Shown: positions 1 through 9,095, counted from the first letter of the stretch. The stretch is DNA of 64,000 bases from Armatimonadia bacterium (GCA_039683575.1 JBDKRC010000027.1:27698-91697), one strand, 5' to 3'. Program-made: numbers and translations. Notes: generated by a model from the letters alone, not told the origin.

Positions 1-1206
1 GCCGTCGGCGGCGATGTTCAGAAGGCTGTAGCAGACGATCAGGCGGCCGTCAGGCGTGATCTGGAAGCGCGGTTTGCCCTGCGGAATGTCTGGGGAGCCG
101 AGCTGGCCCTGGAGCAGCGGTTTCTTCAGGAGCACACGGCCGTCGCGAACCTGGGCGTACATGATGGAGTGCAGGCGGGTCTTTATGTCCGGGAAGTACT
201 TGTCGCGCAGGCGCAGGTCCACCGGGGCCTCAAACCACAGAATGTGGGCTGTGCCGTCGGGAGCGACGTAGAGATCGCCGGGGAAGAGCCAGCCGCCGGT
301 GGCCATGGTGTTGCTGAGTTCGATCCAGGGGGCGAAGTCCTGCTTGCTGAGGTCCGGGGTCCAGGTGTAGTACAGGCGCCGCCAGCGATTGCCCCACTGA
401 CGGCCCATCTTCTCCTTGTCGGCGACGGGGTCTCTGACGCGGTCCCAGTTGTCGAAGGCGGCCGCTCCGCAGAAGTGGACGGCGCGGCCCTGCAGGGCGA
501 CGGTGGGGTAGTTGGCGCGGCAATGTACGGCGCCGTAGGGCTCCACGTCGCCGGCGGCAAGGTCAGGCCAGGAAAGGTAGCCGCTGCGCAGGGTGGCACC
601 GGTGCGGTCGAGCAGGGCCCAGTGCGAGCCGTCGTTGCCGAGGTTATTGAGCAGCAGGCAGTCGCCGGAAGGGCCGTCCGCTGTGAAAGTGCGGTAGGAG
701 TGCTCGGTGAAAGCGGGTTGACCGGACCACTGCGGCGCGATGGTGACGAAGGGGGCGGCCGGGTCTGAGGCTTTGAACCGGAGGATCTCCGGGCGCGCGG
801 GGCCGCCGCCCTGCTGCTGCGGGTCGGTGAGAAGCGTGGGGTTGACCGACATCAGCAGGCGGCCATCCGGGAAGGCGGCGAGGGGACAAGGCTCGCGCGT
901 GCGGTCCTTCGGGTCGGTCTGCACGAGCTTCCAGCCGGTGGGAGTGCGGCGGTAGAGCGTCCAGCGGACGTTGTTGAGCGGTTTGACGTTCGGGAGGGTT
1001 TCAAGGCCGCTGGCGAAGACCTCGTCGCCCGAGCGGGCGAGGCAGGTGGAACTCCAGCACCACATCGGGTCGGAGCCGTTGTCAGCGGGGGTGTAGGTGA
1101 AGACCTCTTCCTCGGCCTCGACGACAGGGGCGAGCGGGGCGCGCGAGGGCTGAGCGGCGGCGCAGGAGGCGAGCACGAGCAGCGCAAGGAGGAGGGTGGT
1201 TGGCAT
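1..1206 (-). CDS. Secreted hypothetical protein, runs off the window start (partial)
   Basis: Not in the ORF track. ATG at 1206 reads MPTTLLLALLVLASCAAAQPSRAPLAPVVEAEEEVFTYTPADNGSDPMWCWSSTC..., with a signal-peptide-like N-terminus. The frame appears open to base 1. Confidence 0.75.
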   Translation of the reverse strand, partial: MPTTLLLALLVLASCAAAQPSRAPLAPVVEAEEEVFTYTPADNGSDPMWCWSSTCLARSGDEVFASGLETLPNVKPLNNVRWTLYRRTPTGWKLVQTDPKDRTREPCPLAAFPDGRLLMSVNPTLLTDPQQQGGGPARPEILRFKASDPAAPFVTIAPQWSGQPAFTEHSYRTFTADGPSGDCLLLNNLGNDGSHWALLDRTGATLRSGYLSWPDLAAGDVEPYGAVHCRANYPTVALQGRAVHFCGAAAFDNWDRVRDPVADKEKMGRQWGNRWRRLYYTWTPDLSKQDFAPWIELSNTMATGGWLFPGDLYVAPDGTAHILWFEAPVDLRLRDKYFPDIKTRLHSIMYAQVRDGRVLLKKPLLQGQLGSPDIPQGKPRFQITPDGRLIVCYSLLNIAADG

Positions 1207-1377
1207 GGGGGGATGGTTCGTCGGGGAGGGAGCGGGGACCTGCGTGGACAGCCCGACAGGAATGTCGGGCGTACACCGGAGGGGAGGCGGAGGCATGGCG
1301 GGGCACCTCTGGGGCAGGGGCGGGAGTTGGAGGCGGTGCTGGCAGAGCGGGCGGTAGACACGCGAGAGGTCGCGCTT

Positions 1378-1395
1378 GGGGGAGCGCTCCTACGG
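1378..1395. repeat. GTAG-type REP-like unit (ggagcgctcctac)
   Basis: Same motif as the palindrome at 7692-7719. Both lie just downstream of DUF1559 genes. Confidence 0.45.
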
Positions 1396-1420
1396 AATGA
1401 AAAGGCAACGCGAGCAGGCG

Positions 1421-2053
1421 TTAGCCGAAGTGGCCCCACATGTCGTTGCCGCTGACGGGGGTTTGCCTGATCAGGTTCGTTTTCAGCCACTTGACGTGAC
1501 CATCCACGAAAGCGCAGTTAGTACCGTCGTTGTGCATCATGCCCACCGAGTACGTGCCGCTGAAGCGCCCTGGCACTTCAATGGGACAGTAGACGCTGGG
1601 GCAGACCTGCGTGCCTGTGGTGGCGGAATCCGCAAGCAGGAGCACCTGTGCGGGATATTGGTAGCTGTCCAGCGGCACGGTGTTGGCGCCGCCGCCATCG
1701 ACCGTGACGTGAGGGTCGTTGACGCCATAGTTGCCCTTGACGGTTCCCACGCCGCCGGCGACGTATTGGTTGGACGGGCAGCGCAGAACCTGGGTGTTCT
1801 TCATATACGGAACCAGAAGGTCGGGCCAGCAGTAGTAGACGCTGGGATGGGTCCACTGCGACGAGAACCTGCCATCGTAGTCCTGACAGTACATCAGGAT
1901 GCTGAGAGCAATCTGTTTCTCATTGGACTGGCAACTGGCCTGGCGGGCTTTCTCGCGGGCCTTAGCGAAGACGGGAAAGAGGATGGCCGCCAGGATCGCA
2001 ATGATGGCAATAACGACCAGCAACTCAATCAGTGTGAAGCCGCGTCTCATCAT
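1421..2053 (-). CDS. DUF1559 family protein (prepilin-type N-terminal cleavage/methylation plus H-X9-DG motif)
   Basis: [35 protein letters not shown]-terminus; [14 protein letters not shown]-terminal motif. Confidence 0.92.
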   Translation of the reverse strand: MMRRGFTLIELLVVIAIIAILAAILFPVFAKAREKARQASCQSNEKQIALSILMYCQDYDGRFSSQWTHPSVYYCWPDLLVPYMKNTQVLRCPSNQYVAGGVGTVKGNYGVNDPHVTVDGGGANTVPLDSYQYPAQVLLLADSATTGTQVCPSVYCPIEVPGRFSGTYSVGMMHNDGTNCAFVDGHVKWLKTNLIRQTPVSGNDMWGHFG

Positions 2054-2082
2054 CAGCCCTCCTCAGGGGACTATGTGAATGC

Positions 2083-3357
2083 CTACTCCATGACCTCAGA
2101 AGCGAATGTACTGCGGTAGACCTGCTTGCCCCAGTCAAGGTCTTCAGGGAAGATCACTGCGCCGCTGCCGCGTAGGTGACCTCCCTGTAGCTCAAAGTCA
2201 ATGACCGCGCGGCGGAGGCTCGTGTCGCGGGGGGCGTTGGCCCAGTCGGGCTTGCTGCCGCCGAAGAGGTCGAAGATGCGCTCCCAGGTCTGCTGGTCGC
2301 GAGCACCCTCGGCTGGATGCAGATACCATTCGGCGAGGCAGGCCGCGATGTTGGGCGGGCGGGGGTCGAGGTGCTCGAACTGGGGGTCAAGCAGCCATGA
2401 GGTGCAGGTGAAGGCGCGGTACTTCAGGTCCGGGAAGTGCTTGGCGTAGAAGTCGCGGGCGTGGACGAAGGACTCGCCGCACAGGGCGTAGTCCATCGAG
2501 CCCTTGGCCGGAATGTGGACAGTGACGACCGGGTCGCCCTTGCGCAGGACCTCGCGCCATTCGGAGGTATCGAGGGTAACGGTCCTGGGAAGGACGTGGC
2601 CGAGCGGCGAGACCGGGTTGCCGCTGATGGTCTCAACTGATTCGATCAGGCGGGATTTCCAGAGGTTGTCCCACACCTCTCCCCCATCGGCGCTCGCGAA
2701 CTGGCCGTCGGGCCGGAAGAGGCAGCCGTCCTCGGCGAGAGCGATGACCCGGCCGCTGGCAGTGTGGCGGTACCAGCGGAAATTGTGGTAGTAAGAGCCG
2801 GGGAGGTACTCCAGGCGGCTGAGCTTGTGGAGATTGCCGCGGACGTGGTGCTGCAGCCAACCCATGCGCGGGAAGCGCCAGACGCCCTGGAGGCGCTTGA
2901 AGTCGAGAATCCAGGTTTCGAGGCTCGCCAGGCTCTCGATGGTGTCCTCGAGCTCAATGCCGCGCCCGGCGTGGATCGCCAGCATGTGCGGGTAAGCCGA
3001 GAGGGTCAAGAGGCCATAGAAGAGCAGCCCAGCCGGGCCCATGGCATCGGGGAACTCGGGCCATTCACCGACCTTGGGTTCGTACCCGGAATCGCAGATG
3101 AGCCAGCGGCAGTGCCATAGCAGGCGCTCGAGGGGGAGGTTGCCGAGTGTGGCGACGGAGGCTTCGGCGAGGACGTCAGTGACGCCGGGGTCGAAGCGGA
3201 GGGTCTGGCAGGTCTGACGGACCCAGTCTTCTTTAAGATAGAAGGCCCCGGGAGTGAAGGTGCGAGCAGACTGGGGCCAGGTGGCGCGGATGATGTCGGC
3301 GCAGTTGACGCCGAAGGCAGCGCAGACGGCGATGGGATCGCGGAGGTCGGTGGTCAT
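2083..3357 (-). CDS. Acyltransferase-domain (GNAT-like C-terminal) protein
   Basis: Motifs LSRLEY, VHIPAKG and CTSWLLDPQ. Start moved to MTTDLRDP (3357) because the track's extension runs through a simple-repeat intergenic stretch. Confidence 0.65.
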   Translation of the reverse strand: MTTDLRDPIAVCAAFGVNCADIIRATWPQSARTFTPGAFYLKEDWVRQTCQTLRFDPGVTDVLAEASVATLGNLPLERLLWHCRWLICDSGYEPKVGEWPEFPDAMGPAGLLFYGLLTLSAYPHMLAIHAGRGIELEDTIESLASLETWILDFKRLQGVWRFPRMGWLQHHVRGNLHKLSRLEYLPGSYYHNFRWYRHTASGRVIALAEDGCLFRPDGQFASADGGEVWDNLWKSRLIESVETISGNPVSPLGHVLPRTVTLDTSEWREVLRKGDPVVTVHIPAKGSMDYALCGESFVHARDFYAKHFPDLKYRAFTCTSWLLDPQFEHLDPRPPNIAACLAEWYLHPAEGARDQQTWERIFDLFGGSKPDWANAPRDTSLRRAVIDFELQGGHLRGSGAVIFPEDLDWGKQVYRSTFASEVME

Positions 3358-3584
3358 GGTGATAGGGACTCTACAGGATGTACAGGATAGGGACTGATGG
3401 GCAGGATACGGCAGGTCACATTCGCCGTCCTGCGGGACGCCATTCGCCATTCGGCCCATTTTGCCCTCCATGTGCTGTCGGGAAGTGGAAAAGAGGTGGC
3501 CACGGTTGAGCATGATGACGCGGAGCAGCGTCAAGTATAGGGGGATCATCCCGGGGGAGGCTCAACTGGAAGGAAGCGATCACT

Positions 3585-4790
3585 ATGTACCGTGTCCCCA
3601 GGTTATCTGCGCTACTTGCTTTGTGTTTGCTGCTGGCATTGATGCTAAGCGGCAGCGGGCCATCTGCGACTGCACCCGTGGTGCAGGGGTCCGCGGCTGT
3701 GGCGAGCGAGACGGCGGCTGGCGGGTCCAATGCCGGTGGTCTGCTACCGGTGCTGATCGGCTTTACAAAGGCACCCGGAGCGGCCGAACAGGGCCTTGTC
3801 AGGGGAGCCTCCGGCAAGATCAAGTACACCTACCACATCATCCCCGCAATCGCCGCACGCCTGCCTGCGCAGGCGGTCGCGGCGCTGGCGCACAATCCCA
3901 GGGTGGCCTACATCGAAGAGGATCCCATCGCCATGGCGAGCGCCGACACAGTGCCGTGGGGGATTACGCGGGTCAAGGCTGACCTGCTCTGGGCAGGCAA
4001 CACCGCCTCCGGCGTGAAGGTGGCGGTCATCGACACGGGCCTTGACTACCGCCACCCCGACCTGGCGCCGAACTACAAGGGCGGGTATGACTATGTCAAC
4101 CGGGATACTGACCCGATGGATGACAACGGGCACGGTACCCATTGCTCAGGGACGGTGGCTGCGGCGGTAGAGGGGACGAATGTTGTGGGCGCTGGCCCCG
4201 GCATCGCCCTGTATGGGGTAAAGGTGCTCAACTGGGCCGGTTCGGGCAGCTACAGTGACATCATTGCCGCGCTCCAGTGGTGCGTGACGAATGGCATGCA
4301 GGTGGCGTCAATGAGCTTCGGCGGCAGCAAGGGCTCGACTTCCCTGCAGAACGCCTGTGCCGCCGCGTATAGCGCCAACGTGGTGCTGGTTGCCGCGGCG
4401 GGTAACTCGGGCAAGGCTAACGGCAGGGGCAACACGGTTCAGTACCCGGCCAAGTATTCGAGTGTGATCGCCGTCGCCGCCATCGACAGCAACAACTTCC
4501 GCGCGTCATGGTCTTCATCTGGCGCTGAGGTTGAGATCGCCGCGCCTGGGGTGAGCATCGTGTCGGACAGGCTTGGTGGCGGACTTATCACCTACAGCGG
4601 CACGTCAATGGCGTGCCCGCATGTAGCGGGTTGCGCTGCACTGACCATTGCTTCGGGAGTTACAAAGGCAGCCACCGTGCGCAACCGACTGGACGCTACG
4701 GCACTGGACCTGGGCGCGGTGGGGCGAGACGCACTGTATGGGTATGGATTGGTGGACGCGCAGCGCGCGGTGCTGCAGGCTTCGCCGTAG
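3585..4790 (+). CDS. Secreted S8 subtilisin-like serine protease with I9-type propeptide
   Basis: Signal peptide; catalytic motifs VIDTG, HGTHCSG and SGTSMACPHVAG. Confidence 0.95.
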   Translation: MYRVPRLSALLALCLLLALMLSGSGPSATAPVVQGSAAVASETAAGGSNAGGLLPVLIGFTKAPGAAEQGLVRGASGKIKYTYHIIPAIAARLPAQAVAALAHNPRVAYIEEDPIAMASADTVPWGITRVKADLLWAGNTASGVKVAVIDTGLDYRHPDLAPNYKGGYDYVNRDTDPMDDNGHGTHCSGTVAAAVEGTNVVGAGPGIALYGVKVLNWAGSGSYSDIIAALQWCVTNGMQVASMSFGGSKGSTSLQNACAAAYSANVVLVAAAGNSGKANGRGNTVQYPAKYSSVIAVAAIDSNNFRASWSSSGAEVEIAAPGVSIVSDRLGGGLITYSGTSMACPHVAGCAALTIASGVTKAATVRNRLDATALDLGAVGRDALYGYGLVDAQRAVLQASP

Positions 4791-4893
4791 TGGGCTGAGG
4801 TTGGGGGAAAGCACTGAGCCATAGCGTGCCTGTGCCGGCGTGGAGCCGGCGCAGGCACTGTGGGCTATAGCGGGTAAGCTAGCAAGGGGTGGC

Positions 4894-5124
4894 ATGGAGA
4901 TGCGACTGTCCGACATAGAGGTGGTTAGCGCGGGGAACCATTGCGAGCTGCGCGCGCAGGTTACCTGCGATCCGACCGTTGCGGCCCACCCAAATGTCTC
5001 AGAGTGGTTCGCCGGCGGGAAGCCGTGTGAGCTATGGTATCGCTTCCCAAAGGAAATGCAGCAAAAGGCTATACGCGAGCGTTTGGCGACCGCTGAGCGC
5101 AGCCATGCGTTATCAGGCACCTAG
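4894..5124 (+). pseudogene. Short ORF (76 aa), probably a truncated gene fragment
   Basis: RBS AAGGGG then ATG. Reads protein-like up to ...LWYRFPKEMQ, then ends next to the repeat array. Confidence 0.35.
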
Positions 5125-5190
5125 CCGTGATGCCGCCGCCAGAATGGTTGCAGATCGTCGTCGGCGGTAGCCCAAGCAGCTTGCAGTATC

Positions 5191-5272
5191 CCTCAGATAT
5201 GCAACCCACCCCAAAGCCTCGGCAGCCGCTGCTCCACCGGCAGTAGCGTCACGCAGTGATCGTGCGGCTCGG
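5191..5272 (-). repeat. Copy C: 82-bp copy of the GH172 gene 3' end
   Basis: About 74/82 identical to 6636-6717 (manual count). Encodes EPHDHCVTLLPVEQRLPRLWGGLHI* versus EPHCHCVELLPVEKRLPRLWGGLHI*. Confidence 0.95.
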
Positions 5273-5620
5273 CTATTGCTGCTCTCTCGGCTGGGCACTC
5301 TTCCGCCGTGCTTCGCGGCGTAGCCTCAACTCCAACAACTCGATGCCGAGGGACATCCCCAGAGGCACGCCCCAGATTCCGCCGCTGACGGCGCCAAGCA
5401 GAAGAGCCTGATGGAATTCACGCGGAGAGAGACTACCGGGACTCGGCCCTTCGTAGACGATTGCCGGGAATAGGAACCCGACCATCACAAAGCCCACAAG
5501 CGCCCCTTTGAGCAGCGAGAGCACGTAACGTCGGCGCGGGTGCTTGAGCATGACAGATGCGACGCTCCATGCTGCCAGGAGAGCGCTTGGAGCCAATACA
5601 TTGATGTCGCCGCGTGTCAT
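5273..5620 (-). CDS. Small membrane protein (about 3 TM helices), cargo gene 2
   Basis: ATG 18 nt after the copy-B stop, with a purine-rich RBS. Three hydrophobic segments. Its stop codon directly abuts copy C. Confidence 0.7.
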   Translation of the reverse strand: MTRGDINVLAPSALLAAWSVASVMLKHPRRRYVLSLLKGALVGFVMVGFLFPAIVYEGPSPGSLSPREFHQALLLGAVSGGIWGVPLGMSLGIELLELRLRREARRKSAQPREQQ

Positions 5621-5636
5621 GGCGTCTTTCTCTTCC

Positions 5637-5930
5637 CCTCAGATATGCAACCCGCCCCACAGTCTCGGCAGCCGCTTCTCCACCGGCAGTAGCTCCACAC
5701 AGTGGCAGTGCGGCTCCGTCTGGTACCAGTACGCCGTGCTGCTGTAGTCGTGGAACATGTTGTTGGCATGGCCGTGCTCGATGGAAAAGAGCAGGCTCTC
5801 CTGGAACGGGATCGGGTCCTGAATGTGGTAGCGGTACTGGCTACGCTTGCCCGTGTAGTCGGCGTTGGTTTTGAAATGGTAGCCGTAGTACGGGGTGCAG
5901 AAGGTCTCCTTGAGGCGGTTGTAGTTCCAC
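5637..5930 (-). repeat. Copy B: 294-bp copy of the GH172 gene 3' end (start-less gene fragment)
   Basis: About 15 mismatches versus 6636-6929 (manual count, about 95%), no indels, only two amino-acid changes (H>R, S>F). Confidence 0.97.
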
Positions 5931-6032
5931 AACCGTCGCGAAATAAGTAGACTCACCCGAATATAGAGGTGGACAAGCCCCACCTGCTGCGTCGCCATCG
6001 ATCAGAACTCCGTGCATGTGAGGTAGACTGCT

Positions 6033-6617
6033 CTATGGCGTCTCACCCAGCGCCACAATCACCTTCGCATTCAGATCGTGCAAGTGGATGATGAACTTGA
6101 GGTACGTGCCAAGGATTATTACTAGTTGATTCCAGTGAATTTCGGAGAGGCTGCCCAGGGATATCCATTCGTCGTATTGCTGCTTGTACCTTACATTGGC
6201 ATGTGCTAGCCCGCCCCACATGAACGTGTCCAGAATCTGACCATGAGTGAGACAGGTATTCTCTGTGCGAAACGGTGACGGCGAAGCTAGATAGTCACTC
6301 AGGCATCGTTGCGTCTCAAAGAATGCCTGTCGAAGCTCCTGACGAATCAGTGCCTGGCTGTATGCTTCGGTCACCTTGTGCAAAGAACAGAGATCCGACT
6401 TATTCACGAACAACCTGAAAGTGAGTACAAACGCCTCGATAGATTCTTGGGGCGGGCCTCGCCTCTCGACGACGGCCGGTTCGCCTACCTTGGCGTGAGT
6501 CGACCAGCCGGTGCTCTCGAACAGCACCGTCCGACTGAAACTCGTTTGCGCCAGCTTCTCAGCCTTTTCGTTGAAAAGCCTTAGGGACTGGAGTATTTGT
6601 TCTCTAGTCACTTCCAC
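6033..6617 (-). CDS. Hypothetical protein (194 aa), lower GC, cargo gene 1
   Basis: RBS AAGGGGG then GTG at 6617, 20 nt after the GH172 stop. Reads MEVTREQILQSLRLFNEKAEKL...WGGLAHAN... Visibly more AT-rich than the flanks. Confidence 0.8.
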   Translation of the reverse strand: MEVTREQILQSLRLFNEKAEKLAQTSFSRTVLFESTGWSTHAKVGEPAVVERRGPPQESIEAFVLTFRLFVNKSDLCSLHKVTEAYSQALIRQELRQAFFETQRCLSDYLASPSPFRTENTCLTHGQILDTFMWGGLAHANVRYKQQYDEWISLGSLSEIHWNQLVIILGTYLKFIIHLHDLNAKVIVALGETP

Positions 6618-6637
6618 GTTCCCCCTTCGGTGTCGCC

Positions 6638-7660
6638 TCAGATATGCAACCCGCCCCAAAGCCTCGGCAGCCGCTTCTCCACCGGCAATAGCTCCACGCA
6701 GTGGCAGTGCGGCTCGGTCTGGTACCAGTACGCCGTGCTGCTGTAGTCGTGGGACATGTTGTTGGCATGGCCGTGCTCGATGGAAAAGAGCAGGCTCTCC
6801 TGGAACGGGATCGGGTCCTGGATGTGGTAGCGGTACTGGCTGTGCTTGCCTGTGTAGTCCGCGTTGGTCTTGAAGTGGTAGCCGTAATACGGGGTGCAGA
6901 AGGTCTCTTTGAGGCGGTTGTAGTTCCACGCGCCGCAGAAGTAGTCTTCGGTGCCCGTGCCGTGCAGCGACGGGGGCCACTTTTCGCCATCAATGAAGAA
7001 CATGTCGTCGCCCTCACCCCACCAGCCGGGAGTCTCGGCGTCGATGTCGAGGTGGCAGCCGACGTAGTGGCCGCGGCCCTTGGCCTCGAGAATCACGTAG
7101 TTCCCCGCCCCGCCGATGTTCCTCTCCTCGGCCAGTTGCTCAGCCTCGCACCATTCGCGGCGCCACTGGGCGTGGAAGCGGCCTACGTTGTCGGGGGCGG
7201 AGGTGTACTGCTCGTAGTCAATGTAGAAGTAGTAGACGGTGTCGCTGGTGTCGCACTCGCTGGTGACTTCCACGCGGGCGCCGTTAGCGAAGGGCATGGG
7301 GAAGTAGCAGTTGAAAGCGCGGTCCCACATGGAAAGGGCGGCGGAGGAGAAGTAGGTGGTGGCGGCGTGGCCGAGGCCGAAGAAGTCCCCGACGGGGCAC
7401 TCGACCGACGGGTTCTCCTCACCGTCCCAGTAGATGCGCAGTACGAGCTTGCGCAGGTAGTCACGCTCGCCGCAGGAGATTGTGGTCCAGAGATGGGTCA
7501 GGCACCCCGGGCCGGAGAGGTCGGCAAGGACACGGGTTTGGCCGGGCTCGACGACCCAATAGTCCTTGTTGCCGCCGGTCTGATCCCAGCTTGAGGAGCG
7601 CAGGGCGCGGTAGTCGCGGAGAGTGGCGAGGTCGCGGAGGGAGCTGCCGGGCATGATCAT
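6638..7660 (-). CDS. Glycoside hydrolase family 172 / DUF2961 protein
   Basis: Motifs SSWDQTGGNKD, PVGDFFG, WWGEGDD, HGTGTEDYF and IEHGHAN. Confidence 0.92.
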   Translation of the reverse strand: MIMPGSSLRDLATLRDYRALRSSSWDQTGGNKDYWVVEPGQTRVLADLSGPGCLTHLWTTISCGERDYLRKLVLRIYWDGEENPSVECPVGDFFGLGHAATTYFSSAALSMWDRAFNCYFPMPFANGARVEVTSECDTSDTVYYFYIDYEQYTSAPDNVGRFHAQWRREWCEAEQLAEERNIGGAGNYVILEAKGRGHYVGCHLDIDAETPGWWGEGDDMFFIDGEKWPPSLHGTGTEDYFCGAWNYNRLKETFCTPYYGYHFKTNADYTGKHSQYRYHIQDPIPFQESLLFSIEHGHANNMSHDYSSTAYWYQTEPHCHCVELLPVEKRLPRLWGGLHI

Positions 7661-7691
7661 GGGGTGAGGCCTCCAGGTAGGAGAAGTGAGC

Positions 7692-7765
7692 GTAGGAGCG
7701 CTCTGGGGAGCGCTCCTACCGGTTGGTAAGCGGACGGAAGCGGGCGGACCACGGTCCGCCCTTAC
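7692..7765. repeat. Cluster of GTAG-type REP-like palindromes
   Basis: gtaggagcgctc-tggg-gagcgctcctac and gggcggacc-ac-ggtccgccc-ttac. Confidence 0.6.
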
Positions 7766-7789
7766 GCGTTTGAGGTTGCGCGGCTGAAG

Positions 7790-8446
7790 CTACTCTTGCT
7801 CGATGCTCAGCAGCGAGTCGGCGGTGGCGCTGTCTATCGCCGCGGGCTTGAGCCACTTGGCGTGACCGTCGCAGAAGGCGTAGTTGCAGCCGTCGTTGTG
7901 GCGCTTGAAGCTGGCCCCGGTCGGGACCCAGCCGCGCGGGTTGGTCGATTCGCAGATGTCGTCCTCGTTGCCATCACTTTCCATGAGGAAGATGATGCTG
8001 GAGGAGTCCTCGAGGGACGCGAGCCACTGGCCGGTTGGCGGGGTCGGGGCGCCTGCGTCCTGGTGGGCGTCGTTGATGGCATAGCTGGCCTCGAGGCCGT
8101 CATCATCGTAGCGCCCGTCGAACTTGGTGCCGGTGGGACGATGGCTGGGGCAGAAGAAGATCTGGGCGTTCTTGCAGTACGGCATGAGGACGCCGCGCCA
8201 ACTGCCGTCGCCGGGATCGTTGCCAGTGCCCACGTAGGCGTAGTCCTCGGCTGGCAACGCCTCGTCGCAGTCCTGCGCGTAGCTGAGGGCGGCCGTCATG
8301 AGCTGCTTGATGTTCGAGAGGCAGCTTGACTGGCGGGCCTTTTCACGGGCCTTGGCGAAGACGGGAAAGAGGATGGAGGCCAGAATCGCGATAATCGCGA
8401 TTACCACCAGAAGCTCGATCAGCGTGAACCCGCGCCTGCTGCGCAT
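7790..8446 (-). CDS. DUF1559 family protein (prepilin N-terminus, H-X9-DG)
   Basis: [62 protein letters not shown] before 8446. Confidence 0.92.
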   Translation of the reverse strand: MRSRRGFTLIELLVVIAIIAILASILFPVFAKAREKARQSSCLSNIKQLMTAALSYAQDCDEALPAEDYAYVGTGNDPGDGSWRGVLMPYCKNAQIFFCPSHRPTGTKFDGRYDDDGLEASYAINDAHQDAGAPTPPTGQWLASLEDSSSIIFLMESDGNEDDICESTNPRGWVPTGASFKRHNDGCNYAFCDGHAKWLKPAAIDSATADSLLSIEQE

Positions 8447-8516
8447 GATTGACGCCTCCTTTGGTTGCCCCAAACAGGGCGATTCGGGATATGTGCGACC
8501 CGCGGAAGCGGGGTTG

Positions 8517-8954
8517 CTACTCCAATTCGAAGCAATACGGCTCATGCTGCTCGTCAAGGGCGAGCAACTCCATGCACCTGGTCTTGAACTGGATGATCCC
8601 CATGTCGGGGTCGTCAGGACCGCTGTAGTACTTGTCCATCATTGGAATGCCCTTCCACAGCAGGCTGCGGAGTTCGGCCGTGTCTACGACCGTGGCGGTG
8701 CCGGAAAGAGTCGCGACTTGCCAGTCGTCTTGTTTAGAGAAGAGCATCTGGGCGTGATTGTTCGCACTAATCTGGTGCATTTTTCGCGAATCTTTGCCAC
8801 AGACCAGGTAGAAAGTCCAGGGGGCCTTGGGGTCTTCATAGAGTGCGCCCATCCACCGCATCCGAGGCTTGCCTTCGGAGTCCACGGTGGCCAGGACGTG
8901 TACGTTACTGACGGCTTGCATGACGCTACGGACGCGGTCAGGAAGGTCTGCCAT
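8517..8954 (-). CDS. Pyridoxamine 5'-phosphate oxidase-like FMN-binding split-barrel protein
   Basis: [24 protein letters not shown] and Y..GPDDPD pattern. Confidence 0.8.
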   Translation of the reverse strand: MADLPDRVRSVMQAVSNVHVLATVDSEGKPRMRWMGALYEDPKAPWTFYLVCGKDSRKMHQISANNHAQMLFSKQDDWQVATLSGTATVVDTAELRSLLWKGIPMMDKYYSGPDDPDMGIIQFKTRCMELLALDEQHEPYCFELE

Positions 8955-9095
8955 CTCTCCACCTCGAGTTCGTGATACCAGTCATCTTCGCCACTTGCAC
9001 AGGAAGTCCTTCTCAGGGCATGGAATCGCGTGAACCGTCGTGCGGCCGTCCCCGTCGCTAAAGATGAAGATGGCGCACAAGAGGAGGAGAGAGCG

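Noticed and set aside
5639-5998. Track ORF (119 aa) as an expressed gene
   Set aside because: It is a chimera of spacer sequence and repeat copy B, with no convincing RBS.
5637-6929. Diversity-generating retroelement TR/VR pair
   Set aside because: Mismatches between the copies are not adenine-specific on either copy and are mostly synonymous. No reverse transcriptase gene is in the window.
5191-6929. CRISPR array or shufflon
   Set aside because: The repeats are long, unequal, coding-derived and all direct. The spacers are whole genes, and no cas or invertase genes are present.
6618-6980. N-terminal extension of track ORF 6033..6980
   Set aside because: It is an alternate frame of the GH172 gene. 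The RBS and GTG at 6617 mark the real start.
8955-9095. THF or pterin riboswitch upstream of the pterin operon
   Set aside because: No recognisable aptamer or terminator structure. It is a short divergent promoter region; an Rfam search would be needed to exclude it fully.
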